Origin: Raillietiella orientalis
Taxonomy: Eukaryota
Direction: 5' to 3'
Length of the DNA: 64,000 nt
Assembly: GCA_036172245.1 (NCBI GenBank)
Contig: JAYWIR010000013.1
Location: forward strand, 1,674,001-1,738,000
Part shown: positions 1 to 11,290 of the stretch, piece after piece
Layout of the letters: the number at the start of each line of letters is the position of its first letter
How positions within the stretch are numbered: position 1 is the stretch's first letter
Notes under the pieces: model-generated
Database searches by the model: none
The model's input: only the letters and a program-made list of their open reading frames with translations
What the model was told of the DNA's origin: nothing
Made by a program: the position numbers and the translations under genes

Positions 1-22
1 ATAATTTCCTCATAAGCATTAG

Positions 23-1808
23 CTTTTCTTGGATGCATTGGATGATTGTTCTAATGTAGCTGCTGCATCTGCTCATTTTCGGTCCATTAGTTTGCGTGAA
101 TCTTTCACTCAGTATATTCACACGTTCTTTAAACAAAAGGTAGCTGTGTAGAATTGTGGCCCTCCTTGATTGTTTGCCAGGTCGTAGATCCCATTTGTAC
201 CCAGTTAGAGACCAGAGTTAGATTGATGGGACATCCACATTCGAAAATAGATAGCCAACTAGTGGGTTATAAATGCATCCTTAATATATCTCCTGTTCAG
301 TTGCTGGCATTTATTGTTAACATAAGAGGTCTGTGGGATGTTGCCTATGTGACTTTTCATGTGTGATGACATAAATAGGTCATTTGGAGTTCCACTTGAA
401 CAAAGTTTTTTACAACCTAACCACAACCTCATTACATGATTGGGATGTGTATGTGCGCATGAGACTGTTGGCGTGGCATCATCTTAAATTGGACATCCTT
501 GAGGCTAGCATACCAGTAGAAGCAATGCATCCAAGCCCAGACATATTGAGCATCATGCCAAACATTAACAAATTCGTATCACAGCATAATTACAATCTTA
601 GTACACAAATGCTAGTAGACAAATGCTCTTCCACTCGATATATGCGTGTAATTACTGTCCCTAACTTGTCATATTCCATTACAATGCATGGTGATGGCAT
701 CATCAACACAATGGTTAGTAAAGATATTATATATCCTTATTCTGCTTGTATTCCAGGTGAATTTTGTTTACCAATTCCTTAGAGGCCAATTTCGTATTTT
801 TTCCCAGTTTCTTTATGATGATCATGTTAAATCTCGGTTGCTTAAAGACATAAGTTATTTTCGGGAGTGTCAAGAATCTGGTGTTAATTATTTTCCTTAT
901 GAACGAGCAGCCACTTTCAACAAAGAAATTCGTAAATTCGGATTGACACCAGATGGCCTCAATTTTTTGGATCAGTTTCGCTTTTTGATCACACATATAG
1001 GGAATGCAATGGGTTTTGTGCGAATGATCAGATCTGGGAATCTGTATTGCTCTTCAAATGCAGCCAGATTTGCATTTGCATTAAAACAAGTTCCCATGTT
1101 TCAAATGCTTTGTACAGATTCATCCTATACTAGCTGTGTTCAGTCAGCTGCAGCTTTGGATCACGTCATTGAAGAAACATGTGATAATTCATCAAAAACT
1201 GTGGAGTTTTTCAGAGTAAGTGTGCTGCTGTTTATACCACCATTGCTATAACAGTATATAGTTATTAGTGAATGTTTTCACTCCTGGCTTTAGTGATTCA
1301 AAAAATATGCACTTGCGTACTTTTTTTTCTATCATTCCATCTCTCACAATCAATTTTGTGGAACATGTGATTAATGCTAAGGAACTTCTGAATAAGAAGA
1401 AGAACATTCAGACTGCATTTTCTGATGATGGTTTTGCTATGGGTTAGTATACTACAATATTCTCTATGGCATGAAACTAGGTGCATTGGGTAGGTGTGGC
1501 ATACATATTAGAACTATTGAATCAGTATCATGAATTTGATTCATTACACTGGTTTCAAGAGGTGCAACGATACTATGCAAAGCAGATAAAAGATGTGCAG
1601 CAACAGCATGAGTATCTCAACATGAAAAAGAACAGTGATTCAAAACTCCAGCAGACTCTTGTTTTAACTTCTAAACGGTTGAAACAATATGAAAAGGTAA
1701 GGTCTTTTTCTCCATATGCTATAACATATGTAATCTGTTCAGGAATTCCTCTTTCTGAGTTACTGCCTGAGTAGTGCACGAATATTTTTCAGAAATAATG
1801 TTGAATAG
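23..1808 (+). CDS. WASHC4: WASH complex subunit 4 (SWIP/KIAA1033), 3' part; gene continues upstream of the window
   Basis: Exons 23-139, 181-328, 379-713, 757-1215, 1262-1442, 1494-1696, 1743-1808, joined by phase-consistent GT-AG introns of 41-51 nt. The translation has motifs recognisable as [95 protein letters not shown]-terminal [13 protein letters not shown]. Confidence 0.95.
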
Positions 1809-2214
1809 AAGATCAGAGCATTGTTTTTTAGCTCTTAAGAACTTATTGTGACTTTGGCATCAATACACTCGCCAATATGATTGTCTTAAAAGTTCCCCCA
1901 AAACTTCGAGTTTTCACGTTGTTATGTTTGCAGTTTAGCTTCCTTATATCCAGGTATCAGAACTTGAGAACTGCCAACAAGGAAGCAGTGTTTCATAAGA
2001 AACATAGCCCTGTATTGAGTGCAATGCTTTCCAGTAAGAGTTCCCTCTGTTCCTTTTATTGCCTTAAGGAATCTCATGTGAACCAGTGCTTTACTTGATG
2101 TAACTGTTCATGCTCCGAGTTTATAATATTGGGGGTTGGCATTCGTTAAAAAGACCCCAAATTTTGTGACAATTGAAAATCGATCTCCAGCCTAAATGAA
2201 ATTACTTATTTTGG

Positions 2215-2220
2215 AATAAA
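2215..2220 (+). promoter_or_regulatory. Candidate polyadenylation signal for WASHC4
   Basis: AATAAA ~400 nt after the stop codon, followed by T-rich sequence. Confidence 0.4.
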
Positions 2221-2849
2221 TGCATAGTCTTTCCAATGTATGAACTATTATTAATACTTGTTACTTATTTTTGCATTCACTGAATGTTTGTGAGGCATGG
2301 TGTCATATGTTAACTCTTTCCATCACATACGTTTAAGTGACATTGCTTTATATGCAGTGTAAAGTAGTGAAGGGAAACCCAAGAGCTAGGAATTAATCAA
2401 TTCAACATTTATTGGGCACGAACTTGCCATATTATCGTTAAATGATTTTTCAGCAAACTCACTTTGAACTAGGTTCCATTTTCTGGTCAAATGATTGTAG
2501 GGTCTTTGTGAAACGTGCGTTTTTTTTAAAACATTTCTACAGCAACAATTTCAGTGATAAGCCTTAAGGTCTGTTACGACAATTTGAAAAGCCTCAAGAG
2601 GGTGTATGAAAAAACAAAACGAAAAAAGTCTCGATGGTCAGTTATTTGATTATGTGTTAGATCTTTTATTCGATTCTGAGTTTTCATTTTCTCAACGCTT
2701 TCTGATTTTTGTGTTGGCAAGAAATGATATTTTGGCCTTCCCTTTTTATTTCATCGAAATCCGATTCATTGTTTCGTTGGCTATGGTACTTTATCTGGGA
2801 TGTGCAGTGAGTCATTATTTGTAGCTCAGTCAAATCTGTGTGTGTGTGT

Positions 2850-3870
2850 TTTTTTCATGTTTGCTTCCATGTTTTTGTTTTTGTTTCCTGCATTCAGGAA
2901 GTTTGTGGCGTACATCCCCGAGTTCTGTTCTCATCCCCGGTTGCGCCGGGGCGTTTATTGCTTTGCATAAACATACATTTGCTCTCCCCTGTTGGCAGAG
3001 CGCTTCTTGAAAACTAAAGGGGATTAGTTTCAACGGTTGAGGGCCTTTCGTGCGGGGGTTAAGAGAACCCTAAAAAGGGGAGGGGGTGGGAATGAGAGGG
3101 CGGGAGTGGGGAATATGGGACAGAGGGGGTCGGGAGGGTCCTAGACAGGGAATGTCCGGAGGGTCGGGGGGGTCGGGGGTAAAGATTCGTCGGGCTTTGG
3201 GCTCGCTGCGTGCGACCCTTCTTATTTCTTCGTGGTGCCTAGACTTCAAGTGTGGCTACCTGCTCGTTGCTTTCAGCAGCTTCGTACACATGTTGAGGGG
3301 GTCCAAGTTTCGCTTTTCCTTCTCCCTCACATATATGGCGATTGTTACTGCTCTTAGAAAGCAGAGCACCGTCGCCGCTGAAGTTTTTGTTAGCTTGTCT
3401 CTGCTGAAGAATCTGGTCGGTAGATCCCTTGCTGAGAGATCCGGTAGGGAAAGGCTAAATGCTATTTTTCTCCAGCCTTGTATGCCACTGCATTCGACTA
3501 GGAGGTGGACGATAGATTCCTTTTTGCTGCGTTCGCTGCAATTCGGACTCTTTGCTTTCCTCGACGTGTGGTGTTTGAGTTCATTCCTGTGGATTCCCCA
3601 GTGGATGTTAAGTGTCAGAAGGTGCTGTGCCTTCAGAGGTATCCCCTTGTCCTTCGTGAATATGTCTGGGACATCTATAAACGCGATGGGGACACCCAAA
3701 AGATTTGCCCATCGTTTGAATCCCAGACTAACTTCATGCTTCTGGAGATCGTATGCTTTGCAGCAGCGAATCGGCGTTAAATCTCCTTTCTGCCATGAGA
3801 CCATCCATCGGGCGTGCTGTTTTGTGCGGAGTGTACGTCTTGGTGTAAATAGGCAAACGTATCTCTAATC
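2850..3870 (-). mobile_element. 5'-truncated L1/Tx1-like non-LTR retrotransposon (ORF2 C-terminal zf-RVT-like region + 3'UTR)
   Basis: ORF 3804-3256 contains RWANLLG...CSERSKKESIVHLLVEC (CCHC-type motif of LINE ORF2). It is followed by a C-rich 3'UTR, AATAAA (2959-2954), a perfect CCCCGG-N5-CCGGGG hairpin (2951-2935) and an A-rich tail. Homologous to copies at 8.3, 11, 19.9 and 27.4 kb. Confidence 0.75.
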
Positions 3871-6800
3871 ATCCTACGGAAGCTCAGGTTTCCTATTCGT
3901 ACGTAGAAGCCCTCGCTCAGATACTCACCTAATCTGACCCATGAAACGAAATCAGAGGAAGGAAAAGGGAAAATGGGATCGTTTCTAGCTTTACCCCAAC
4001 TCGAGTGAAGCGAAAGAAATTAGCGGAAACACTCAAAAGAACTTTCGTCCTCTTGTAATGATATTTGCCTCAAGGGTCCGTTTGCAAATCTTGGTAACGA
4101 AGTAAGCAACAAGGATGCTCATGTTGACTGATGAAAAGTTCCAAAAAAAAAAAAAAAAAGAACATTCTTGACCTAGGTTAAGCTGATTGCACAAATGTCG
4201 TTACCGCTTGCAAATCCTATGGATAGATTCTATGGATAATTCACGTGCATGCCGATGCAAATTTATAAAAAGCTTATCGGTGTAGATGCGAAAGAATCAC
4301 GAGCTTCCCACTTGAGGCTGATTTGTACAAAACTGAACTTTGTTACGGTATGCCTTGAGCCGCCATAGGAAGGTGACCATGAGCGGATGCCTGGTGGAAC
4401 CTTGAATGGAAAAAGAAAAAAACAAAATCAGTAGGGAGTGAACTGGTCCCTATTCGTTTCGCTTATTTGCTACATACACATTTCAAAGTTTGAAACTCAG
4501 ATCAATACGGATGTAACCTTCGATATGAGTTAATCGTTATGCCTCGTAGCCCCTATGCCCCCCTATTTTCCAAAGGACTCCGTTCTGTCTTATGATAATG
4601 CGACAGTCATTCACCACTAGCCAAGCGTAACGTAGTTCCGGGAAGGTTCTTGGATCGCATATTATTGGCTCTTAGTAATAAGATTAGTAAAAGTAAGATT
4701 CCCGAAAGTGTCAGCCGGTCGTATTTGTGGGGCCTCTTGTTTTCGTTATGGGGATGTTCGTGAATCATCACGAGCAACATCATCTGAAGGTTTTCCGTTG
4801 AAAAGGGAGCTGGTGAAGAGTTCTTGTTTGACGCTGGGCCCCCTAATTTTGACATGCAGTCTTCTGCACTTTTGTTAAGGTGTTCTTGTCACCCACAAGC
4901 CTACGCGGAAGCACGTCACGTTCTCAGGTTTCCCTGAACCGGTGGAAATCTTCTGGAGTGTGTTGGTGTTTCCATCTTGATATGGGATGCAAAAGGTTCC
5001 AAGTGGGTACTGAGGAGAGTTTCGACATCAGACCTCAGGTTCCGTTCAAATGCTGCGATGCTTGTCGGAAAGAATTCCAGGTAAGATTTGTGAGAAACAA
5101 AGTTCACAAATCCCTTTACTATGAAATCAAGGGGCAGTCATGCTCCAAACTGAGGATGGCTGCACGTGCAAATCAAGCAGTGTGGTCTGCATAATGTCGC
5201 CCGTAGCTTTCAGCGGTTGCACATTTCTTACAAAAAGAAAGTAAGGTCATTCTTCGCCGGAGTTCTCCCTTTCTAAATTAAAGTACTTCTTTAGTTTTTT
5301 ACATCGTAAGAGGGCACTGTGAAAAAAACTATTAATTCAGTGGAATCTGAATTAGAGAAGGGCATGGGCAACTCTGTCGCATTGCTTTAGTGCCCACTGT
5401 TTCGCATCTGGTAACCCATGGCAGACTAAAATGTCCTACAAACAATCCTTGTCCGGGCCCCGTAACTCCACTTATTTAGGCTGATGGAGGCGAATTAAAT
5501 ACGCACTCGAAACCATGAACGCGGAGGATTCTTTGTGTAGTCGATCGTTTTCGTTTTCTTCCGAAAACGTAATTGGAAGTTCTTTTTTGAACCTGGATGA
5601 GGCTACCACGAAATCCTGGACTTCTGGACCGTTTCTGACCCAGTTTCAGAATTGCCTTCCGTTATTCGTACATGTCATTTTCGACGCGGGAAACGAAACG
5701 GCTAATCGTTTTTCTCCCGAAAAAAAAAAAAAAAAAAACCTTCCCAAGGATGTTGAGGAGAAGAATGATAGCTTTGCTAGGTTTAGGATGTAACACAATG
5801 AGTTTTCCAGTCAGGAAAATTGAACTGGGCTCATTAATTTATGACTTCTGCTTCCCTTCAGTGCTAGTTGAATGACAAATAGCTGCAGAGACATCGAGCA
5901 GCTTTACCGAATTTTCGTTCTTGCTTTTAAGCTTCCTAAATAAATCAGTGAAGAAATCATCCGAAATCAAGGCGCCTTGAAACTTGATGAGTCCTTCCTT
6001 TATGATGAATCTAGGGGATGGAACTGTGTGCATCTTCATCTGCAGAGAAAAGGGGTCGCTCTTCTGCTGATGCGGAATACCGGAAATGTTTGTGCTGCTT
6101 GAAAACAGGCGGCTAGCACAAAGGAGGTAGGAGGAAGAGCAAGTGCGAGATTAGGCAAGCTTAATTTGACACGGATAGGTACTTTTCGTTGTCAGTTTAT
6201 TATTTTTCGATTTCTTTGCTTCGAGAGGCAAACAGGGACCTTTAGTAACCTGTCCGGGATCTCCAAGCAGAAGACAGGACTCTGCAACAGGAACAAACGA
6301 GCAGCAGTTGTGGCTTGCGTCGTACGTTTCTTGCCAGACATTTGCTTGCATCGGGAATGAGAAATCCGATTTTTCAGTCCTTCCAATCGAATCACGATGT
6401 CGAATCCTTAGTGCCATCCGTTCCGTGAACGGGCTTCTCGAAAGAGTTCCATAAAACGGCAAGCTGTACGAGGGCTGTTGATCTGAGCAAAACACCGTCC
6501 TTCGGTACCGAGCGCTTTTTCATCTCTTTCCGTCCTATGTGTACGTTCGCATGCACTACCGTCAACGAAGCCGTTTCCATTTATGGCAAGGAGTCCTCCT
6601 TTTCAAAACATTGGTACACGAGCGTATTTCATTGTCTGCAATGCTTCATTCCAATAGCGAGCATCCCCCAGTATTCCGGTCTTTGGTACGAGGCTGTTTT
6701 GTGCATCGAATGGTCTATGTACAGCCCAAGCAGTAAGGTACTTCAGTACACGCTTTCGGCTGTACTGAATGGTAATCGCCATCCATGCAAGCGTCCAAAA

Positions 6801-7894
6801 TGCCAGACGCTTGCATGGATGGAGTAATGTCTGAACATCCACTGGAACTGCCTTCTCCGTGATTTCATCAGAAACGAACTTCCCATCATTCCACCTCCCG
6901 TCTTAAATCACCCGCGAGTTGCGCCAATTTCTTTGCGTTTTATTAATGATGTCAGTCAGCTCGAATGTCCGCGGAGATGGCATCTCACTCTGATGGCATC
7001 GTAGAATCAAATCTGGTTTTATGGCTCTTACGTATTGGATCGTAACGTTGCCGTTTCGGTTCCAAATTCCCTGCGTTACGGACACGTGGCTACACGAACG
7101 AAACACAGTTTAACGAAACCGGAGTTGCAAGAAATCCCGTCGTATGGAACACCCGTTCGAGAGTTGTGATGCTCAAGTCGAAACAAAATGCCATGCTTTG
7201 TGAACACCGCATGCAAGCAGCACTCGCTGGCTTTTCCTAGCAATGGTGGCCTCAGCCAACGAGGTGTTCGTTCCTTTGCATGAAATTCTCGAAGGATCGA
7301 AGAGTCTTTGCCAGCGTCGCGCCAACTTGAGGCCTGCGTAGTGAAAGCGTATCGCAGGAAAATTCCGAATTTGATAAACCGGATCCCGGAATTTCAGAAT
7401 TCAGCGAATCTTCCCGGACGATGCAACAGCTGAGGTCAATGGTCAGTGGGGAGCGATCCTACGTTTTTAAGGTCGCATTCGCGCGGTGCCAATGGCGTCA
7501 TTTTTACGCGAGGAGATGAGAAAGAAATGGTTTGATTGTGGCGCCCATCCTTTCAAAACGCCTGTTCTTGATGGTGTTAGTGTATTTTATGTTTCTATTC
7601 TGGAAGATGCGTGCTCAGTGCGAGAGAACGGAAGCAGAAGCCACTGGATTTCTTAGAAATGAGGCGTCATCAGCGGGAAGAGAGACAGAGAGAGAGAGAG
7701 GGGAGGGGTGGGAAGTAGGTCTCAGTCAAACCGGGAAAGAAACGAGAAGGAAACGAAACAACTCAAACACGGGCAGAACAACCAGCCGCCCCAGAGTAAC
7801 CGCTCGGAGTCTCAGATCCTAAAAGAAGAAAGAAAAGACCGCAGCAGCTTTCGAACCGTAGCTGAGGTAACAGACAAGCATCAGCCACACGCTG

Positions 7895-8300
7895 GAGGCC
7901 TTGTGGCTGAGGTCTCCGCGCGCGATACCAAGAGCTACGGGTTCAAATTCCACTCGGGGATTGACTCCAGAGAAATGGGTGTGTAGTGGGTTCGCGTCCC
8001 CTTCTCAGGAAGACGCTGGTTGGCCTGAAGGGTTCGGGTTTGTCACTGGTGGAAACCGGATGCCCCCTTTGACTGTTCGGGACTGAAAGTTGACTCGGAT
8101 CCTTCCAGGAAGCACAGAACCGATTTCCTTCGGGGCTGTTCCCCTCACGTTGTGAAAATGGATCCCTCCATCGAGTACCATGGAGCTGGGCCCTCTCCAG
8201 AATGTCAGAAGCGCGCTGCTCCCTTCAGAGAAATTTGGAAGCGTCCCTCCTTCGGAGGTTCTCCCATCAGAGGAGGAGGAAACAAGGAGCACTCCCTTGC
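7895..8300 (+). mobile_element. tRNA-headed SINE-like element, 5' half (copy A)
   Basis: A-box-like TGGCTGAGG and B-box-like GGTTCAAATTCC (7940-7951). The body aligns by eye with copies at 18.0, 20.4, 34.5 and 39.5 kb (e.g. CCGGATGCCCCC, CCATGGAGCTGG, GCTGCTCCCTTC). Confidence 0.7.
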
Positions 8301-8319
8301 GTGTTTCGCTCCCGCCCCT

Positions 8320-8930
8320 TCTGTTTCACTGAGGTCTTCCCTGCAACGCCTGTTGACACCATTGGGCACTAGGCAGTGCGAGCCCAAATTGCCGCAGGTA
8401 CGAGTAACACGAGTCCCTCCCGCACCTGCTTATTGAGTGTTGCCCCCCGGCCCCTATGGGAAGTTTCGGGGCGGCCCTTCGGACCCCAGTTGCCAACCCC
8501 GGTCAGCCGCAACTCTTGCTGCATTCGTGGGATTGCGGAGGCCTGGAGCGACGCTGAAGCAGGAGCGAACGAAAGGGACGGCATCGACTATGCACTCTGT
8601 ATTCTGCAGGATGGCAGCCAGTTGGTCCAACAGGGTGCTATCCAGAAAAACCTAGCCGTCATCATGGAAAGGATGCAGAGGACTCCCTCCAGTGCACCGT
8701 GATCCCTTCCTGGCCCTCCAATGTTTGTTTTTTTTGCTTTTATTTCATGAACATATTTTATTTTTCTTTTGTTTCCCTCCTCCCCTCCTCTGCTGAGGTG
8801 GCCCGCGCCGGTCTGCGGCCTGGAAGGTCCGTGGACAAACTGAGAGTGGTAGGATCACGTGTGCCACCACAATTTATGAGTTTATTTTAAATTCTAATAA
8901 ACCTCCCAGCGTGTTTGGGTGGAAATAGGA
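8320..8930 (+). mobile_element. Degenerate L1/Tx1-like LINE 3' fragment lying between the 5' and 3' parts of SINE copy A
   Basis: Stop-interrupted translation GLPCNAC*HHW...SPNCRRYE*HESLPHLLIEC and CCIRGIAEAWSDA match the 27-kb copy (GLSCNARRHRW...CRRCGERESPLPYLLANC; CCIRGTATTWSEA). T-rich 3'UTR, AATAAA 8896-8901, hairpin 8905-8919. Confidence 0.75.
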
Positions 8931-9200
8931 GACTATTAGGGTGGAGAACCTCCAACCCCCCCTTATGAGTTCCCCTACCAAACATGAGGGGAACTGACTC
9001 CTTTCTCCGGACCCCTTCCTGGAATCATGGGGTGGTCTCCTCCCGGAGTGCTTTCCAACTTGGAGTCAACACGCACCTCTGGATGGCGTGGACGGTGTTG
9101 AAAAGCTTCGTGAGCCAGACGTAAGGTGGCCAACGGTTCTTCAGCACATAACCAACCAAAAAAAAAAAAGAAAAAGGAAAACCCGAAAAAAAAGCTGGAA
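8930..9200 (+). mobile_element. 3' tail of the SINE-like family
   Basis: CCTTCCTGGAATCAT...CACGCACCTCTGGATGGCGTGG...ACGGTTCTTCAGCAC followed by an A-run; matches the 3' ends of copies at 35.2 kb and 38.8 kb. Confidence 0.75.
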
Positions 9201-9249
9201 GGATCAGACCAGACCTCGGGCATTTTCCCTTTGGGTTGTTCCGACTGCC

Positions 9250-9800
9250 ACCCTTGAACAAAGTTCGCTTTCGAGACAGTGGAGCATCTTTCCATGGGCT
9301 TCCAGGAGGAGGGAAGCCGGGAGCGTTCATACACGAGGACCGGCGGCGTCCAGAAAACGACCGAGGGCCGAGGGGAGGCAGCGGGTGCTCCAGGGAACGT
9401 TTCGAACGCAGCCTCGAAGGGAGAGCGGGAGAGAGCAGGGCAAGTAGTGCGCCAGTGTGTGACCTCGCCAAGTAATGAGGCAGAGACCTCGTCCTGAGCT
9501 CGGAATCTTGGGATGCCTGAGGCAAGAGACGCTCTGATAAGAGCGTATCGAATGAGCTCCGTCTGTTTCCCCCTTAAGCCGGAAAGATGGCTCACCATCG
9601 AAGCCTTGTCCCCCGCGCTATCACGGTATGTATAAGAGGAACGTCGCGCGCGATCAACATGGACACGCGCGCCGCCGAGCCCAGAGAGGAAGACACACAC
9701 ACAAAAATGTCCTTGTAAAGAGGAGTTCTGGAGGTCAGGGAGTGGACGGGAGTCGGAGGCGGTTCCTCGGGCACTGTCCACGAAGAGTCAGGAAGATGTT
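9250..9800 (-). mobile_element. Possible decayed LINE endonuclease-region remnant
   Basis: ORF 8975-9781 segment SSYTYRDSAGDKASMVSHL loosely resembles the YT...SRIDH motif of APE endonucleases; weak. Confidence 0.25.
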
Positions 9801-10899
9801 TCTTGCGCGTGCCGCATTCCGTCCTCAAACGGGCAGAGGATAGGTCGGGCGGTCGGACGCCGGAAGAGGAGGGGCACGAGATCACATCCTCCTCGTGACG
9901 TCCGAGGCGTCAGAACACCATCGTCCGTCCGGAGCGCGCAGCAAACCGGAACTCGCTGAACGCCCAGTGCGTTCCCTCATCGGCACCGATATTTTCCGGA
10001 GGGAGGATTCGGCGGTCTGCAGCAGGGTGAAGTCCGTGGAAGGAGGGAACATGGAGGAACTTTCGGTCCCGAAGATCCTTCCGGGAAGACACGCCAACTG
10101 GCGTGAGCTCTCCCGGCGATCTGGGCCCGTAGCCACCCCGCCATCCCGATAAGCGCCCAAGCGATCGGGATCTTCCGCGGGCCTGCCATCTCTGCAGCTA
10201 CCGATTGTGTTTGGCACCCCTGCGGGCGGCATGCGGAATCTCGGGTCCCATGGCTGGATCTCCAGGCGACCTGGAACTTTGTGGGCTCTCGGGACTCTTC
10301 TATAGAAGTGCCGCCCGATGAGGCACCCTTCAGGGCAAACGCCGACGGCTTCGAACCCGCACCACGAATCCCATCCTCCTTCGTCCTTTTCCTGGAAGAG
10401 AACGCCGCGGTCGAAGGAAAGCAGGTCCGAGTAGGACGCTTTCCCGGAAGTGGCGTCTCCGGAGAGGGTAGAAGGACGCACCGCCACCAAGGGGAGCCGG
10501 ACGTCTTCGGGACGCAGCGGAATCAGGAATCTTCCCTTTTCTCCTTCCTCCCTTGCTAGGGATTGTCCCTTAGGCAATGCACACCGTGCTTGCCGGAGGG
10601 GTGTTCGATCCCCCCCCCGCCTCGCACCCTTCCCCACCCCCAGCGAGAGTCGTCCCAGCGTCGTGTCTTTCCTCTCATCCTAGGCGGTGCGCTCGCGTGC
10701 GCGGAGGAGGCGAAGGAGACGACCGGCCGCCTCCCCCCTGCTTCCCTGAAGCAGCGGGGAAACCCTCAGACGGCTCAGGACATCGGGTGCGCGTCGGACG
10801 ATTTCCTGTTTCCCCTCGGGATCGGTCACGAGGCCCTGTGAGCTTCCGCCTTGAGGAGGGCCGCTGCTGCCGCCTTGTGGTCCCAGGGGGGAAGAGATG

Positions 10900-11290
10900 T
10901 GTTGATTTCTGCTTCAACTTCCCCCCCTTACTGAATCTCCACACCAAGATGCGTTCACGAGTTAGCGGATGCTCCCAACACTCCGCGCATTCCGGAGAAG
11001 ATGCTCTCTGTCGGTGGAGCCAGCTGTTGAGTGGTCCCCCTTGACGAACTGGTGGTCCTTGCCTTGTGCTGGAACACCTCAGTGTTTCCATCAAGGTGGC
11101 AGCAGGAGGAGTTGCTGTTGTTTCTGCACAGGGGAGTTCAGCGCCACCCGCGCTGACACCACCTCATGTTTAAGGGAGCCGCATCCCCGCAACTGTTATT
11201 GTTCCAGGTGAGAGTCGGTGGAGTCACTCTGGACCCTGCTGTTGGACTACGGTGACCTCAGCGAGCTGTGACGGAGGCCGATTTCGGCGC
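10900..11290 (+). mobile_element. Degenerate L1/Tx1-like LINE ORF2 C-terminal fragment
   Basis: Frameshifted RWSQLLSG(P)LDELVVLALCWNTSVFPSRWQQEELLLFLHRG aligns with RWGELLGISLEEIERPPVFWNSATLPLKRQELTLLVVHGG (20 kb copy). Confidence 0.65.

Noticed and set aside
3985..4030. Spliced-leader-RNA-like TTTACCCCAACT stretch
   Set aside because: Lacks a convincing GG-initiated leader, donor hairpin and Sm-binding site.
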